Positions 48,881 to 56,912 of a stretch of 56,912 bases of DNA are shown here, in pieces. The notes below the pieces were generated by a model, which saw only the letters and a list, made by a program, of their open reading frames with translations, did not search any database and was not told the DNA's origin. Made by a program: the position numbers and the translations under genes. The DNA comes from Gemmatimonas sp. (lineage in GTDB: Bacteria; Gemmatimonadota; Gemmatimonadetes; Gemmatimonadales; Gemmatimonadaceae). Numbering within the stretch: the first letter of the stretch is position 1; each line of letters begins with the position of its first letter. Location: contig DASQZA010000410.1 in NCBI GenBank assembly GCA_035638935.1, forward strand, positions 1-56,912, read 5' to 3'.

Positions 48881-49516
48881 TTACTTCGAGTACAACTCCA
48901 CGACGAGCTGTTCCTGCGCCGCGAGCGGAATGGACGAACGCACCGGCTTCTCCAGTACGCGGCCGCTGTACGACTCCTTGTCGACCGCGATCCACGACAG
49001 CGAACCGCCGCGCGCGCTCTGCTCCATCGCCGCCTGCACGAGCACGAGTTCGCGCGATGACTGCTTCACGCGCACTTCCTGCCCGGGACGTACCTGGAAC
49101 GACGGGATGTCGACCAGCGCGCCCTTCACCTCGATGTGGCGATGCCGGATGAGCTGACGCGCGGCCTTGCGGCTGGGTGCGAAGCCCATGCGATAGACCA
49201 CATTGTCCAGCCGCGTCTCGAGAGCCGCGAGGAGATTGTGACCCGTGATGCCCGGCGTCGTGGCGACGCGCTCGAACGTGTTGCGGAACTGCTTCTCGCT
49301 GATGCCGTAGATGCGCTTGATCTTCTGCTTCTCGCGCAACTGCTTCGCGTACTCCGACATCTTCTTGCGGCGGGCCGTGGCCTGGCCATGCTGGCCCGGC
49401 GCATACGGGCGACGCTCGACGGGGCACTTCTCCGTGAAGCACTTGGTGCCCTTGAGGAACAGCTTGGCGCCTTCGCGGCGGCACTGACGGCAGCTCGGGC
49501 CTGTATAGCGAGCCAT
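48881..49516 (-). CDS. rpsD: 30S ribosomal protein S4
   Basis: 'MARYTGPSCRQCRREG', 'PGQHG', 'QLREKQK', 'LETRLDNVVYRMGFA', 'VELYSK'. Confidence 0.98.
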   Translation of the reverse strand: MARYTGPSCRQCRREGAKLFLKGTKCFTEKCPVERRPYAPGQHGQATARRKKMSEYAKQLREKQKIKRIYGISEKQFRNTFERVATTPGITGHNLLAALETRLDNVVYRMGFAPSRKAARQLIRHRHIEVKGALVDIPSFQVRPGQEVRVKQSSRELVLVQAAMEQSARGGSLSWIAVDKESYSGRVLEKPVRSSIPLAAQEQLVVELYSK

Positions 49517-49518
49517 GG

Positions 49519-49896
49519 TCAGACTCTCCGACGCTTGGGGGGACGGCAGCCATTGTGCGGGATCGGCGTCACGTCGCGGATGGACTTGACCTGCAGCCCT
49601 GCCGCAGCGAGCGCCTGGATCGCCGACTCGCGGCCGGATCCCGGACCCTGCACGCGAACGTGCACACGGCGTACACCGAGCGTGAGCGCTTCACGCGCAC
49701 ACTGCTCGGAGGCCACCGTGGCGGCGAACGGCGTGGACTTCTTCGAACCCTTGAAGCCCGCCTTGCCCGACGATCCCCACGACACGGCGTTGCCGTGCAT
49801 GTCGGTGATCGTGATGGTCGTGTTGTTGAATGTCGCGCTGACGTGGGCGATGCCCTCGGCATCCACGACGCGCTTGGTCTTCTTCGCGGTTGCCAT
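49519..49896 (-). CDS. rpsK: 30S ribosomal protein S11
   Basis: 'ATFNNT', '[13 protein letters not shown]', 'GPGSGRESA', '[18 protein letters not shown]'. Confidence 0.98.
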   Translation of the reverse strand: MATAKKTKRVVDAEGIAHVSATFNNTTITITDMHGNAVSWGSSGKAGFKGSKKSTPFAATVASEQCAREALTLGVRRVHVRVQGPGSGRESAIQALAAAGLQVKSIRDVTPIPHNGCRPPKRRRV

Positions 49897-49897
49897 G

Positions 49898-50275
49898 TTA
49901 CTTGGTCACCTTCTTCTTGCCGGCGATAGCGCGACGCGGTCCCTTCTTGGTGCGCGCATTGGTGTGCGTGCGCTGACCACGCACGGGCAGCCCGCGACGG
50001 TGGCGCGTGCCACGATACGAGCCGATGTCCATCAGGCGCTTGATGTTCATCGCGACTTCGGTGCGCAGGGCACCTTCGACGCGGTGGTTGCGCTCGATTT
50101 CCTGACGGAGCTTGTTGACGTCCGCGTCATTGAGATCGCGAACACGCTGCGCAGGGCTCACGCCGGCCGCAGCCAGAATCCGCAGCGCCATCGCGCGGCC
50201 GATTCCGAAGATGTAGGTGAGGCCGATCTCGACCTTCTTGTCGCGAGGGAGATCGACGCCTGAAATACGTGCCAT
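49898..50275 (-). CDS. rpsM: 30S ribosomal protein S13
   Basis: '[10 protein letters not shown]', 'LTYIFGIG', '[22 protein letters not shown]'. Confidence 0.98.
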   Translation of the reverse strand: MARISGVDLPRDKKVEIGLTYIFGIGRAMALRILAAAGVSPAQRVRDLNDADVNKLRQEIERNHRVEGALRTEVAMNIKRLMDIGSYRGTRHRRGLPVRGQRTHTNARTKKGPRRAIAGKKKVTK

Positions 50276-50289
50276 GTGTGTGGTTCCCC

Positions 50290-50406
50290 TTAGCCCTGAC
50301 GCTGCTTGTGCTTGGGGTTCCGCTTGCAGATGATGCGAGTCACGCCCTGTCGCTTGACGACCTTGCAGTGCTCACAAATCGGCTTTACGCTGCTCCGAAC
50401 TTTCAC
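50290..50406 (-). CDS. rpmJ: 50S ribosomal protein L36
   Basis: GTG start, '(M)[37 protein letters not shown]', GAGGT upstream. Confidence 0.97.
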   Translation of the reverse strand: MKVRSSVKPICEHCKVVKRQGVTRIICKRNPKHKQRQG

Positions 50407-50605
50407 GGGATACCTCGGCGTGCATACGCCGACGGAGCCTCCCGCACCCTGCATCTTTCGACGCACGGCCGGCTGGACTCCCCATGGTTCATTGCACGTG
50501 ATGCATCTGCGACCCGCAGATCCCGCGCACGTGCAAAGCAAATGTGGCCGGCGGGCCGGCCTAGATTCCTGCCCAAACATGGGCAAGCCCCTCATCCTAG
50601 CGGGG

Positions 50606-51415
50606 TTAGCTGCCGCTGGCAAGCTCTGCGTGCACAGCCAGTATGGCCGCGACCGGATCAGGGTCGCCCGTCACCGCTCGCCCGAGAATGATCCAGCGGG
50701 CGCCGGCCGCGGCGGCGTCGCGGGGCGTCATCACCCGGCGCTGGTCGTGCTGCGGCCCTCCGGGCAGCCGGATACCGGGAACGAGCGTCCCGAATTCGGC
50801 ACCGTGCGCTGCCGTCACCGCCGCCGCTTCGTGCCCCGAACACACGATCCCCACCCCGCCACCCTCCCGCACCACGCCTGCAAGACGGACGACTTCGGTC
50901 ACCACGTCGCTGCCGGAGCGGCCCCACGCGCGGTCGACGGCCGCACCGTCGAGACTCGTCAGGATCGTGACGCCGAGGATGCCGCATGGCGTATCATGGC
51001 GCCCATCGGCAGCTGCTGGCAGCACGCCAGAATGCGCATCGGTCGTTTCTACGGCTTCCCGCGCGCCTTCGACCGCCGCGCGCACCATCTCCGATCCACC
51101 CGATGCGTGGACCGTGAGCAGCGAGACACCCAGACTGGCTGCGTTGCGGGCCGCCCCGCGCACGGTGTTGGGAATGTCATGCAACTTGAGATCGAGGAAG
51201 ACGCGCTTTCCCGACTGGCGCAGCCATCGCACGATCGAGGGCCCTTCCGCCGTGAACAGTTCGAGACCGACTTTGTAGAAGTCGCAGTGGACATCCAGAC
51301 GGCGAACCAGCGCCTCGGCTTCCCGGGCGGTGCGCACGTCGAGGGCGACGATCGGCACAACCGACCGCGGTGTGGGCATACGAGATGGCGCGTGTGCTGC
51401 GGTCACGATGGCCAT
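50606..51415 (-). CDS. pyrF: Orotidine-5'-phosphate decarboxylase
   Basis: 'IVALD', 'YKVGLELF', '[14 protein letters not shown]', 'VTILTS', 'PGIR..DQRRV.TP', 'GRAV'. Confidence 0.96.
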   Translation of the reverse strand: MAIVTAAHAPSRMPTPRSVVPIVALDVRTAREAEALVRRLDVHCDFYKVGLELFTAEGPSIVRWLRQSGKRVFLDLKLHDIPNTVRGAARNAASLGVSLLTVHASGGSEMVRAAVEGAREAVETTDAHSGVLPAAADGRHDTPCGILGVTILTSLDGAAVDRAWGRSGSDVVTEVVRLAGVVREGGGVGIVCSGHEAAAVTAAHGAEFGTLVPGIRLPGGPQHDQRRVMTPRDAAAAGARWIILGRAVTGDPDPVAAILAVHAELASGS

Positions 51416-52362
51416 TCCAATGTTCCGATGATCTCTGACAGCTCACGCACGCCGTGCGTGCGCGCCCACGCCTCGAGCTCACGTGCAATGCGCTCCGGTG
51501 CGCGCGGATCGCGCAGGGCTGCGGTTCCGACGCCGACGAGCGACGCGCCCGCGAGCAGATACTGCGCGGCATCGACGCCGGCCGACACCCCACCGAGGCC
51601 GATGATCGGGATACCCGGCAGCGCACGGCTGACACGCCACGTCGCCAGCACGCCGAACGGCAAGAGCGCGGGACCACTCACGCCGCCTGTGCCGAATCCG
51701 ATCTTGGGGCGACGTCGCGCCGTGTCGATGACCAATCCAGGCATCGTATTCACCAAGGTGAATCCGTCTGCGCCTGCGTCGTGCGCGACCCTGGCGGCAT
51801 CCACGATTCCGGCACCGAGCGTCGGCGACAGCTTGACGAACACCGGTCGTCGCGTCCGCGAGCGAACGCGACCGACGAGCGCCGCGAGCGCTGCGGGATC
51901 GGCTCCGAACTCCAGGCCACCGGCCTTCACGTTGGGGCAGCTCACATTGAGCTCGTACGCGTCGACGGCGCCCGCGTCGAGCCCGCTCACCACGGTGTCG
52001 AAGTCGTCGACGCTGTTGCCGACGACATTCACGATGACGCGCGTTCCTGGATGATGCCGCGCCAGCCACGGTAGCGCCCCGCGTCGTACGTCATCGAGGC
52101 CCGGATTCGCGAGCCCGATCGCGTTGATCATGCCGCCGGCGAACTCGCTCACGCGCAGCGGAGGGGCGCCATGACGCGACTCCACGCTCACCGCCTTGGT
52201 CGCAATCCCGCCAAGTCGTGACAGATCGAGTACGTCGTCGACTTCTTCTCCGTAGCCCGCGGTGCCCGAAGCGAGCACGATGCGATTGCGAAACGACAGG
52301 CCCGCGACGCGCGCCGATGTATGCGTTGCCGCATGCGCTGCGGGAGCTGGAGAATCCGTCAC
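51403..52362 (-). CDS. pyrD: Dihydroorotate dehydrogenase, family 1
   Basis: 'LASGT', 'NAIGLANPG', catalytic Cys in 'ELNVSCPNV', 'KLSP', 'LVNT', 'GGVSGPA'. Confidence 0.93.
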   Translation of the reverse strand: MTDSPAPAAHAATHTSARVAGLSFRNRIVLASGTAGYGEEVDDVLDLSRLGGIATKAVSVESRHGAPPLRVSEFAGGMINAIGLANPGLDDVRRGALPWLARHHPGTRVIVNVVGNSVDDFDTVVSGLDAGAVDAYELNVSCPNVKAGGLEFGADPAALAALVGRVRSRTRRPVFVKLSPTLGAGIVDAARVAHDAGADGFTLVNTMPGLVIDTARRRPKIGFGTGGVSGPALLPFGVLATWRVSRALPGIPIIGLGGVSAGVDAAQYLLAGASLVGVGTAALRDPRAPERIARELEAWARTHGVRELSEIIGTLEWPS

Positions 52363-52430
52363 GACCGGAGTCTACGGGGTCGCCCACCGGTTGCACAACG
52401 TCCGCGCCCCCATCGCCGCGCGGGCGTGAA

Positions 52431-52490
52431 GCGCTCCGTCATGCGGCGCTCTGTCATGCGGCGCTCTGTCGAGCCGCGCTCCATCATGCC
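52431..52490. repeat. Four degenerate 15-bp tandem units upstream of pyrD
   Basis: gcgctccgtcatgcg/gcgctctgtcatgcg/gcgctctgtcgagcc/gcgctccatcatgcc. Confidence 0.85.
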
Positions 52491-52507
52491 GCGCGCCTTG
52501 CGGCGTG

Positions 52508-53965
52508 CTACTGCCGCTTCACCACCGGCGCGGGTGCCGCACCCTCGCCGGACCGGCGGATCGTGCGCAACCCACGCACGCTGTCGGTCCAGCGCGCAGT
52601 GATCTCCAGCCAACGCGCGCGAAGGAGCGCAGCCGTCGTCGCAAAATCCGCACGCGTGGCGGGATCTTGCCCATTGAGGGCTGCGGCGGCAGCCGACTGC
52701 GGGTAATCACGCTGGATCGTCAACGTCCACGGGGATGCACTGTCGGGCTGCAGGAGCGCCGCGGCACGCCACGCATCCGGTGCGAGCGGCGCGGTCGGAA
52801 GCTCGCGCGCGACGCGCAGGAACAATGCGGTGGCAGCGCGGGGTGAGCGGACACTGTCGCGCGCCACTTCGCCGGCCAGATAGAGCGCCGCACCGGTGCT
52901 GTCCGCAGCGCTCTCGAACATCCGGATCAGCAGGACATGTTCGCCGAGGCGGCGGACGTACTCCGACCGTTGCAACAGCACTGGTTGTGAGGCGAGCACC
53001 GAATCGACATCGTCCACGCGCGACAGCGCCGACATGCCGATGAGGGCGAGCCGAGCGCGCACCTCGCTCTGCAGCACGGTGTCCCGGCCGGCGAGCCCCC
53101 GCGCGAGATCGAGATGCCGTCGTGCCATGGAGTCTCGCCCCGCTCGCAAGCTCAGGTCACCGAGCGCGTAGTGCAACGAGGCTCGGTTGGCATCGCCCGC
53201 GCGCGCGAGGTCATAGCCTGCGACGATGCGCTCGGCGGCGTCCCATTCACCGGCGCCCCACAGGTCGCGCACGGCGCGTGTCGCGTCCTCGCGAAAATCA
53301 CCACGGGAGGCTCGCTGTGCTAGCAGCGACTCGGCGCGCGCGAACTCACCCGACGCCATGGAGAGACCGACGAGCTCCCATTGAAACGGCGCGGCATCGA
53401 TACCAGCGAGATACGCCGCCGCGCCGCGCCGATCGCCAACTGCATAGGCGGCCCGCGATGCCCAGAGTCGCGCGAGGCGCGCAACGCGGACGGTCCGATG
53501 CCCGACCAGCGAGTCGAGTCGCGCGCGAGCCACGACCGGACGACCCAGTCGTGTTTCGCAGGCTGCGAGCGCAATGCGCGCCTCGACGGAGCGAAGCGAG
53601 TCGTCGCGAGTGGGTCGAGGCGACGACGTCCCGAGAAACTCCGATAGTCGCGATTCGGCCGCGTTACAGTCGCCACCGTACGCGGCGCCTCGGCCGGCGA
53701 GCAGCAGCGCGCGGGAGCGCCACGCCGACGTCGGATGCCGCACCAGGACGGATTCGGCGCTCGCAGCAGATTGCTGGAAGTACCGCGCCGCCCCCGCCTC
53801 GTCTCCGCGCTCGAGGTGGCGGTCGGCGGAATGCGCCGCACTCCCCGCATTGTAGATGCCGTTGAAGTACACGCATCCCGTAGCGCCGAACACGAGCGCC
53901 AGTAGGCTCAACTGCTTCAGCAGCGCACGCCATACCGTCGGCGCTGCGTGCCCCGTTGCGGTCAT
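52508..53965 (-). CDS. Hypothetical TPR-like lipoprotein
   Basis: Lipobox-like 'ATGC' followed by 'VYFNGIYNA'. Ala/Arg-rich helical repeats ('HPTSAWRSRALLLAGR'). ATGA overlap with the amidase. Confidence 0.65.
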   Translation of the reverse strand: MTATGHAAPTVWRALLKQLSLLALVFGATGCVYFNGIYNAGSAAHSADRHLERGDEAGAARYFQQSAASAESVLVRHPTSAWRSRALLLAGRGAAYGGDCNAAESRLSEFLGTSSPRPTRDDSLRSVEARIALAACETRLGRPVVARARLDSLVGHRTVRVARLARLWASRAAYAVGDRRGAAAYLAGIDAAPFQWELVGLSMASGEFARAESLLAQRASRGDFREDATRAVRDLWGAGEWDAAERIVAGYDLARAGDANRASLHYALGDLSLRAGRDSMARRHLDLARGLAGRDTVLQSEVRARLALIGMSALSRVDDVDSVLASQPVLLQRSEYVRRLGEHVLLIRMFESAADSTGAALYLAGEVARDSVRSPRAATALFLRVARELPTAPLAPDAWRAAALLQPDSASPWTLTIQRDYPQSAAAAALNGQDPATRADFATTAALLRARWLEITARWTDSVRGLRTIRRSGEGAAPAPVVKRQ

Positions 53966-55227
53966 GACCCGCTGCCGACCTTGCGCTGGTACTGCGTGAG
54001 ATAGGCAGCGGCCGCATCCGCCATCGTTTCCGCGAGCGCGCGCTGCTTGTCGGGATCCGTCATGTACGCGGCTTCCGCGCGATTCGTACCAAAGCCGATC
54101 TCCACGAGCACTGCCGGCATGAAGCTGTTGATCAGCACTCGGAATCCAGCCTGCTTGACTCCGCGATTGGGTCCCGGGTGCATGCTCGCCAATCCACGTT
54201 GCACGAGTTCCGCGAGCCGGGCGGACTCGCGCAGGTGTTCATTCTGCGCCATGTCGCGAATGATGAAGCCCAGCGGATCGTCCCGTGACGCGTCGACCGA
54301 TGTCTCGAACCGGATCGATTCGTTTTCCATCGCGGCGACGCGACGCTCGTCTTCTGTCTTCGCTTCCGCCAGAAAGTACGTCTCGAACCCGCGCGCCGAT
54401 CCCGGGCTGTTCCAGCGCGGATTCGCCGCATTCACGTGCACGGACATGAACAGATCGCCCTTCGCCTCGTTGGCGATCTTTCCGCGATCGGTCAGTGCGA
54501 TGAGGGTGTCGCGAGTGCGCGTCATCACCACGCGCACACCGCGGCGCTCGAGCGCCTCCTTCAGCTGCTTCGCAACGGCGAGCGTGATGTCCTTCTCGTA
54601 CACCTTGGCTCCCGACCCGAGTGGCCCGGTCATGCCACGATCCGGTCCGCCGTGGCCCGCATCGACGACGACGACCTGCTGTCGAGCACCGGCAGGTGCC
54701 CGGCCCGACGAGGACGCCGCGCCGCGCGCGGGTTCGGCTCGCGCGGGTTCGTTTCGCGCCGCAGGTGCAGTCGGCAACGGCTTGCGCGTCACCACTCTTC
54801 CAAACTGCCGCAACTCCGCCTTGGGCGCATCGAAGACCAAACCACCGGCCAGCTGCGGGAGCGCGTCGCTGACGAAAGCGAATGGCAGGTAGACGCGGCC
54901 AGCTGCACGGTACGGCGCACTGGGAAGCGGGAGTGTGTCGGCGCCAGCGATCGCGAATCGGCTGCCGACACCAACGTCGACACGGTAGCCGGCGAGCTGC
55001 AGATGATATTGCGAACCGCCATCGGCAACGAAGGTCGCACCCAGGGCGTCGGCCAACTGGTCGGCGCGCACCGCACTGCCGCCGTCGGGGTGCCGCGTCA
55101 CCGCGATCTGCTTCGACTGGTCGCCATTGGTGACGCGAAGCGTCGGTGATGCGGATGCGGATGCGGGTGCGGTCGCCGATGCGACCTGACACGCGCAGAC
55201 CACCCCAGCCAGGAGCGCCATCAGCAT
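53962..55227 (-). CDS. N-acetylmuramoyl-L-alanine amidase (Amidase_3, AmiA/C-like)
   Basis: 'VVVDAGHGGPD', 'EKDITL', 'TRTRD', 'SVHVNA', 'GFETYFL', 'MENE', 'PAVLVEIGF.TN'. Confidence 0.93.
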   Translation of the reverse strand: MLMALLAGVVCACQVASATAPASASASPTLRVTNGDQSKQIAVTRHPDGGSAVRADQLADALGATFVADGGSQYHLQLAGYRVDVGVGSRFAIAGADTLPLPSAPYRAAGRVYLPFAFVSDALPQLAGGLVFDAPKAELRQFGRVVTRKPLPTAPAARNEPARAEPARGAASSSGRAPAGARQQVVVVDAGHGGPDRGMTGPLGSGAKVYEKDITLAVAKQLKEALERRGVRVVMTRTRDTLIALTDRGKIANEAKGDLFMSVHVNAANPRWNSPGSARGFETYFLAEAKTEDERRVAAMENESIRFETSVDASRDDPLGFIIRDMAQNEHLRESARLAELVQRGLASMHPGPNRGVKQAGFRVLINSFMPAVLVEIGFGTNRAEAAYMTDPDKQRALAETMADAAAAYLTQYQRKVGSGS

Positions 55228-55242
55228 CCTACGACTCTCGCG

Positions 55243-55725
55243 TCAGCGCTGCCGCATGGCACGGGCAATTTCACGTTCTGCGTCCTTTTTCTTCAGGTCT
55301 TCGCGCTTGTCGTGCTGCTGCTTTCCACGAACCAGCGCCAGCCGCGCCTTCACACGCCCGCGAAGGAAGTAGAGATCGAGCGGTACCAGCGTCAGGCCCT
55401 GACGTTCCACCGCACCGATCAAACGGCGGATCTCCCGCCGGTGCATCAGCAACTTCCGCGTGCGAGTCGGCTCGTGGTTGTGCACGTTGCCAAGACCGTA
55501 GGCACCGATGTGCAGATTGAGAAGGAACACTTCCCCATCCTTCACGATCCCGAACGCATCGGTGAGGTTGGCCTTGCCTTCACGCAACGCCTTGACCTCG
55601 GTGCCGGTGAGTACCACGCCGGTCTCCCACGTGTCCAGTATCTCGTAGTCGTGACGAGCGCGCTTGTTCCGCGCGATGGGTTCCGGTTCGTCCGAGGGAG
55701 CCGATTTCGAGTCGTCTTTTGCCAT
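55243..55725 (-). CDS. smpB: SsrA-binding protein
   Basis: 'IARNKRARHDY', 'GVVLTGTEVKALR', 'RTRKLLMHRREI', 'GLTLVPL', 'GKQQHDKRE'. Confidence 0.97.
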   Translation of the reverse strand: MAKDDSKSAPSDEPEPIARNKRARHDYEILDTWETGVVLTGTEVKALREGKANLTDAFGIVKDGEVFLLNLHIGAYGLGNVHNHEPTRTRKLLMHRREIRRLIGAVERQGLTLVPLDLYFLRGRVKARLALVRGKQQHDKREDLKKKDAEREIARAMRQR

Positions 55726-55785
55726 TCGACGCGCAAGTTACGGTGTGGCAACGACCCGCAGCAACCACGATTCTCGACACCCACG

Positions 55786-55815
55786 TTGACTTACCATGCG
55801 GGCAGCGTCTATTCT
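55786..55815 (+). promoter_or_regulatory. Putative sigma-70 promoter for tRNA-Leu
   Basis: TTGACT-N18-TATTCT about 60 bp upstream of the tRNA. Confidence 0.45.
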
Positions 55816-55874
55816 TCCCGACCCTGAGTGATGCCGCACGACGATTCGCCGCGACGACGCGAGTCGGCTGGACT

Positions 55875-55958
55875 GCCGGAGTGGTGGAATTGGTAGACGC
55901 GCTGCGTTCAGGTCGCAGTGGGCTTACGCCCGTGTGGGTTCGAGTCCCACCTCTGGCA
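55875..55958 (+). tRNA. tRNA-Leu (anticodon CAG), CCA not encoded
   Basis: Acceptor GCCGGAG/CTCTGGC plus discriminator A. D-loop GGAATTGGTAGAC. Anticodon stem CTGCG/CGCAG with loop TTCAGGT. Long variable arm. T-loop GGTTCGAGTCC. Confidence 0.97.
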
Positions 55959-55971
55959 CTGTTGCAATCCG

Positions 55972-56031
55972 AACGAAAAACCTGAGTCTGCTGCGAGCAT
56001 CACTCGCGACGGGCTCAGGTTTTTTGTCGTT
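55972..56031. terminator. Bidirectional terminator after tRNA-Leu
   Basis: AAAAACCTGAGTC...GGGCTCAGGTTTTT stem with A and T tracts, between convergent transcripts. Confidence 0.75.
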
Positions 56032-56094
56032 CGGATGTGCTTCGGCCGTGGATTGATCGAAACGGGTCAGTGCCGGGCAAGCACTGACCGGGTC

Positions 56095-56628
56095 TCAGAG
56101 GCGAATCGCGGACGGCCGCACATCCTCGGGGAGCGAGGCAACCCCGAAGACCGCGCGGAGCGCTTCGTTTGCCTGCGTACGGGTGCTGCTCACGTAGAGC
56201 GTCGCGCGCGCCATGGCGTCGGCCCCCGGTGATTCGAGGCCCGCACCGGCGAGCAGGACCCGGGCGAGGCGGGTGGCAGGCGCGTCGGTCTCCCCTCGAA
56301 CCGCGAGCGCCCCGGTGTACGCGCGCCAGCGCTCGGCCCACGCCCGTCCCCGCGCCGGGGCATCGCGAGCCTCGCGTACAACCACGTCTGCGAGCTGGTG
56401 CGCGACATCGGACGCCGTCCGGTCATCCAATGCATCGCGTTCCGCGACGATCAAACCGATCGCGCGCCTGGCAAACATCAGTTCCTGAGCGGCCGTCGAT
56501 GCGTTGCCGGAGAGCCGTGACAGCCACTCCACGTCGGACGGCGAGGGCGCCTGCAGCAGCGCGACGAGATACGTTGCCGACCGACGCCTCCGCTCCCGGC
56601 CTGCGCGCCACTCGTTCAGCATTCCCAT
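56095..56628 (-). CDS. Hypothetical protein
   Basis: ATG 7 bp after the Rrf2 stop with GAGG upstream. Helical-looking 177-aa product. No family recognised. Confidence 0.6.
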   Translation of the reverse strand: MGMLNEWRAGRERRRRSATYLVALLQAPSPSDVEWLSRLSGNASTAAQELMFARRAIGLIVAERDALDDRTASDVAHQLADVVVREARDAPARGRAWAERWRAYTGALAVRGETDAPATRLARVLLAGAGLESPGADAMARATLYVSSTRTQANEALRAVFGVASLPEDVRPSAIRL

Positions 56629-56635
56629 GCGCGCC

Positions 56636-56911
56636 TCAGCCAGGAAAGATCGGGAGCAACGCATGCCGGGACGGCGGCGTTGCCGCGGTGACCGACAACC
56701 CCGCAATCGACGTCGGGACCGGAAGCCCGACACGCACACGCACACTGCCTTCATCTTCGAGCAGGTCGCTGAGCTTCACGGAGGCGAGCACCTCGTCGAT
56801 GCGTTGCTGCAGCAACATCCACACGGGTCGGATGCTGCAGTTCTCGGCGGCCGCGCACCGCGTCGCATCCACCGGATGCGTCTCGCAATGCAGGTCGAAC
56901 GTGGTGAGTTC
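56636..56911 (-). CDS. Rrf2/IscR-family transcriptional regulator (C-terminal part; 5' end outside window)
   Basis: 'E....L.C-x9-C-x5-C.IRPVW..LQQRIDEVLASVKLSDLL', the three-Cys Rrf2 C-terminal pattern. Frame open to the window edge. Confidence 0.8.
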   Translation of the reverse strand, partial: ELTTFDLHCETHPVDATRCAAAENCSIRPVWMLLQQRIDEVLASVKLSDLLEDEGSVRVRVGLPVPTSIAGLSVTAATPPSRHALLPIFPG

Positions 56912-56912
56912 C

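Noticed and set aside
55147-55166. (GGATGC)n microsatellite in the amidase 5' region
   Set aside because: About three in-frame hexamers encoding an Ala-Ser linker; cannot shift the frame.
55243-56094. Integrated element at tRNA-Leu/smpB
   Set aside because: No integrase, no duplicated tRNA 3' end and no compositional shift; no tmRNA recognised in the window.

Overview
High-GC bacterial chromosomal segment. Gene content and order suggest a Gemmatimonadota-like diderm, which is an inference. It is mostly core genes, nearly all on the minus strand. Left to right: partial PpiD/SurA-like foldase (+); tatA, a small membrane protein, polyprenyl synthase and a long TPR protein; a histidine-utilisation cluster (hutH-hutU-[radical SAM/SPASM]-hutI) butted onto an envelope run (epimerase-tolQ-tolR-tolA-like-tolB-pal-cpoB-tatC-lptD); LysM protein, ssb, rimI-tsaB-tsaE-uvrB, rel, radC; a small insert (PLP decarboxylase on +, and a GxxExxY gene flanked by imperfect inverted repeats); secA, nadD, bamD; a nucleotide-sugar cluster (gmd-rmd-carB-wbpD-wbpB-wbpE-wbpA) preceded by a 14-bp tandem array; the alpha ribosomal operon (rpmJ-rpsM-rpsK-rpsD-rpoA-rplQ, plus rpmB); pyrF-pyrD, a TPR lipoprotein, an amidase, smpB, tRNA-Leu(CAG), a hypothetical gene and a partial Rrf2 regulator. 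No CRISPR array, transposase, integrase or prophage was seen. The best leads are the radical SAM gene inside the hut operon, the inverted-repeat-flanked GxxExxY cassette, the tandem array abutting the gmd start codon, and carB embedded without carA in the sugar cluster. All product calls come from motif recognition by eye; no database searches were run.
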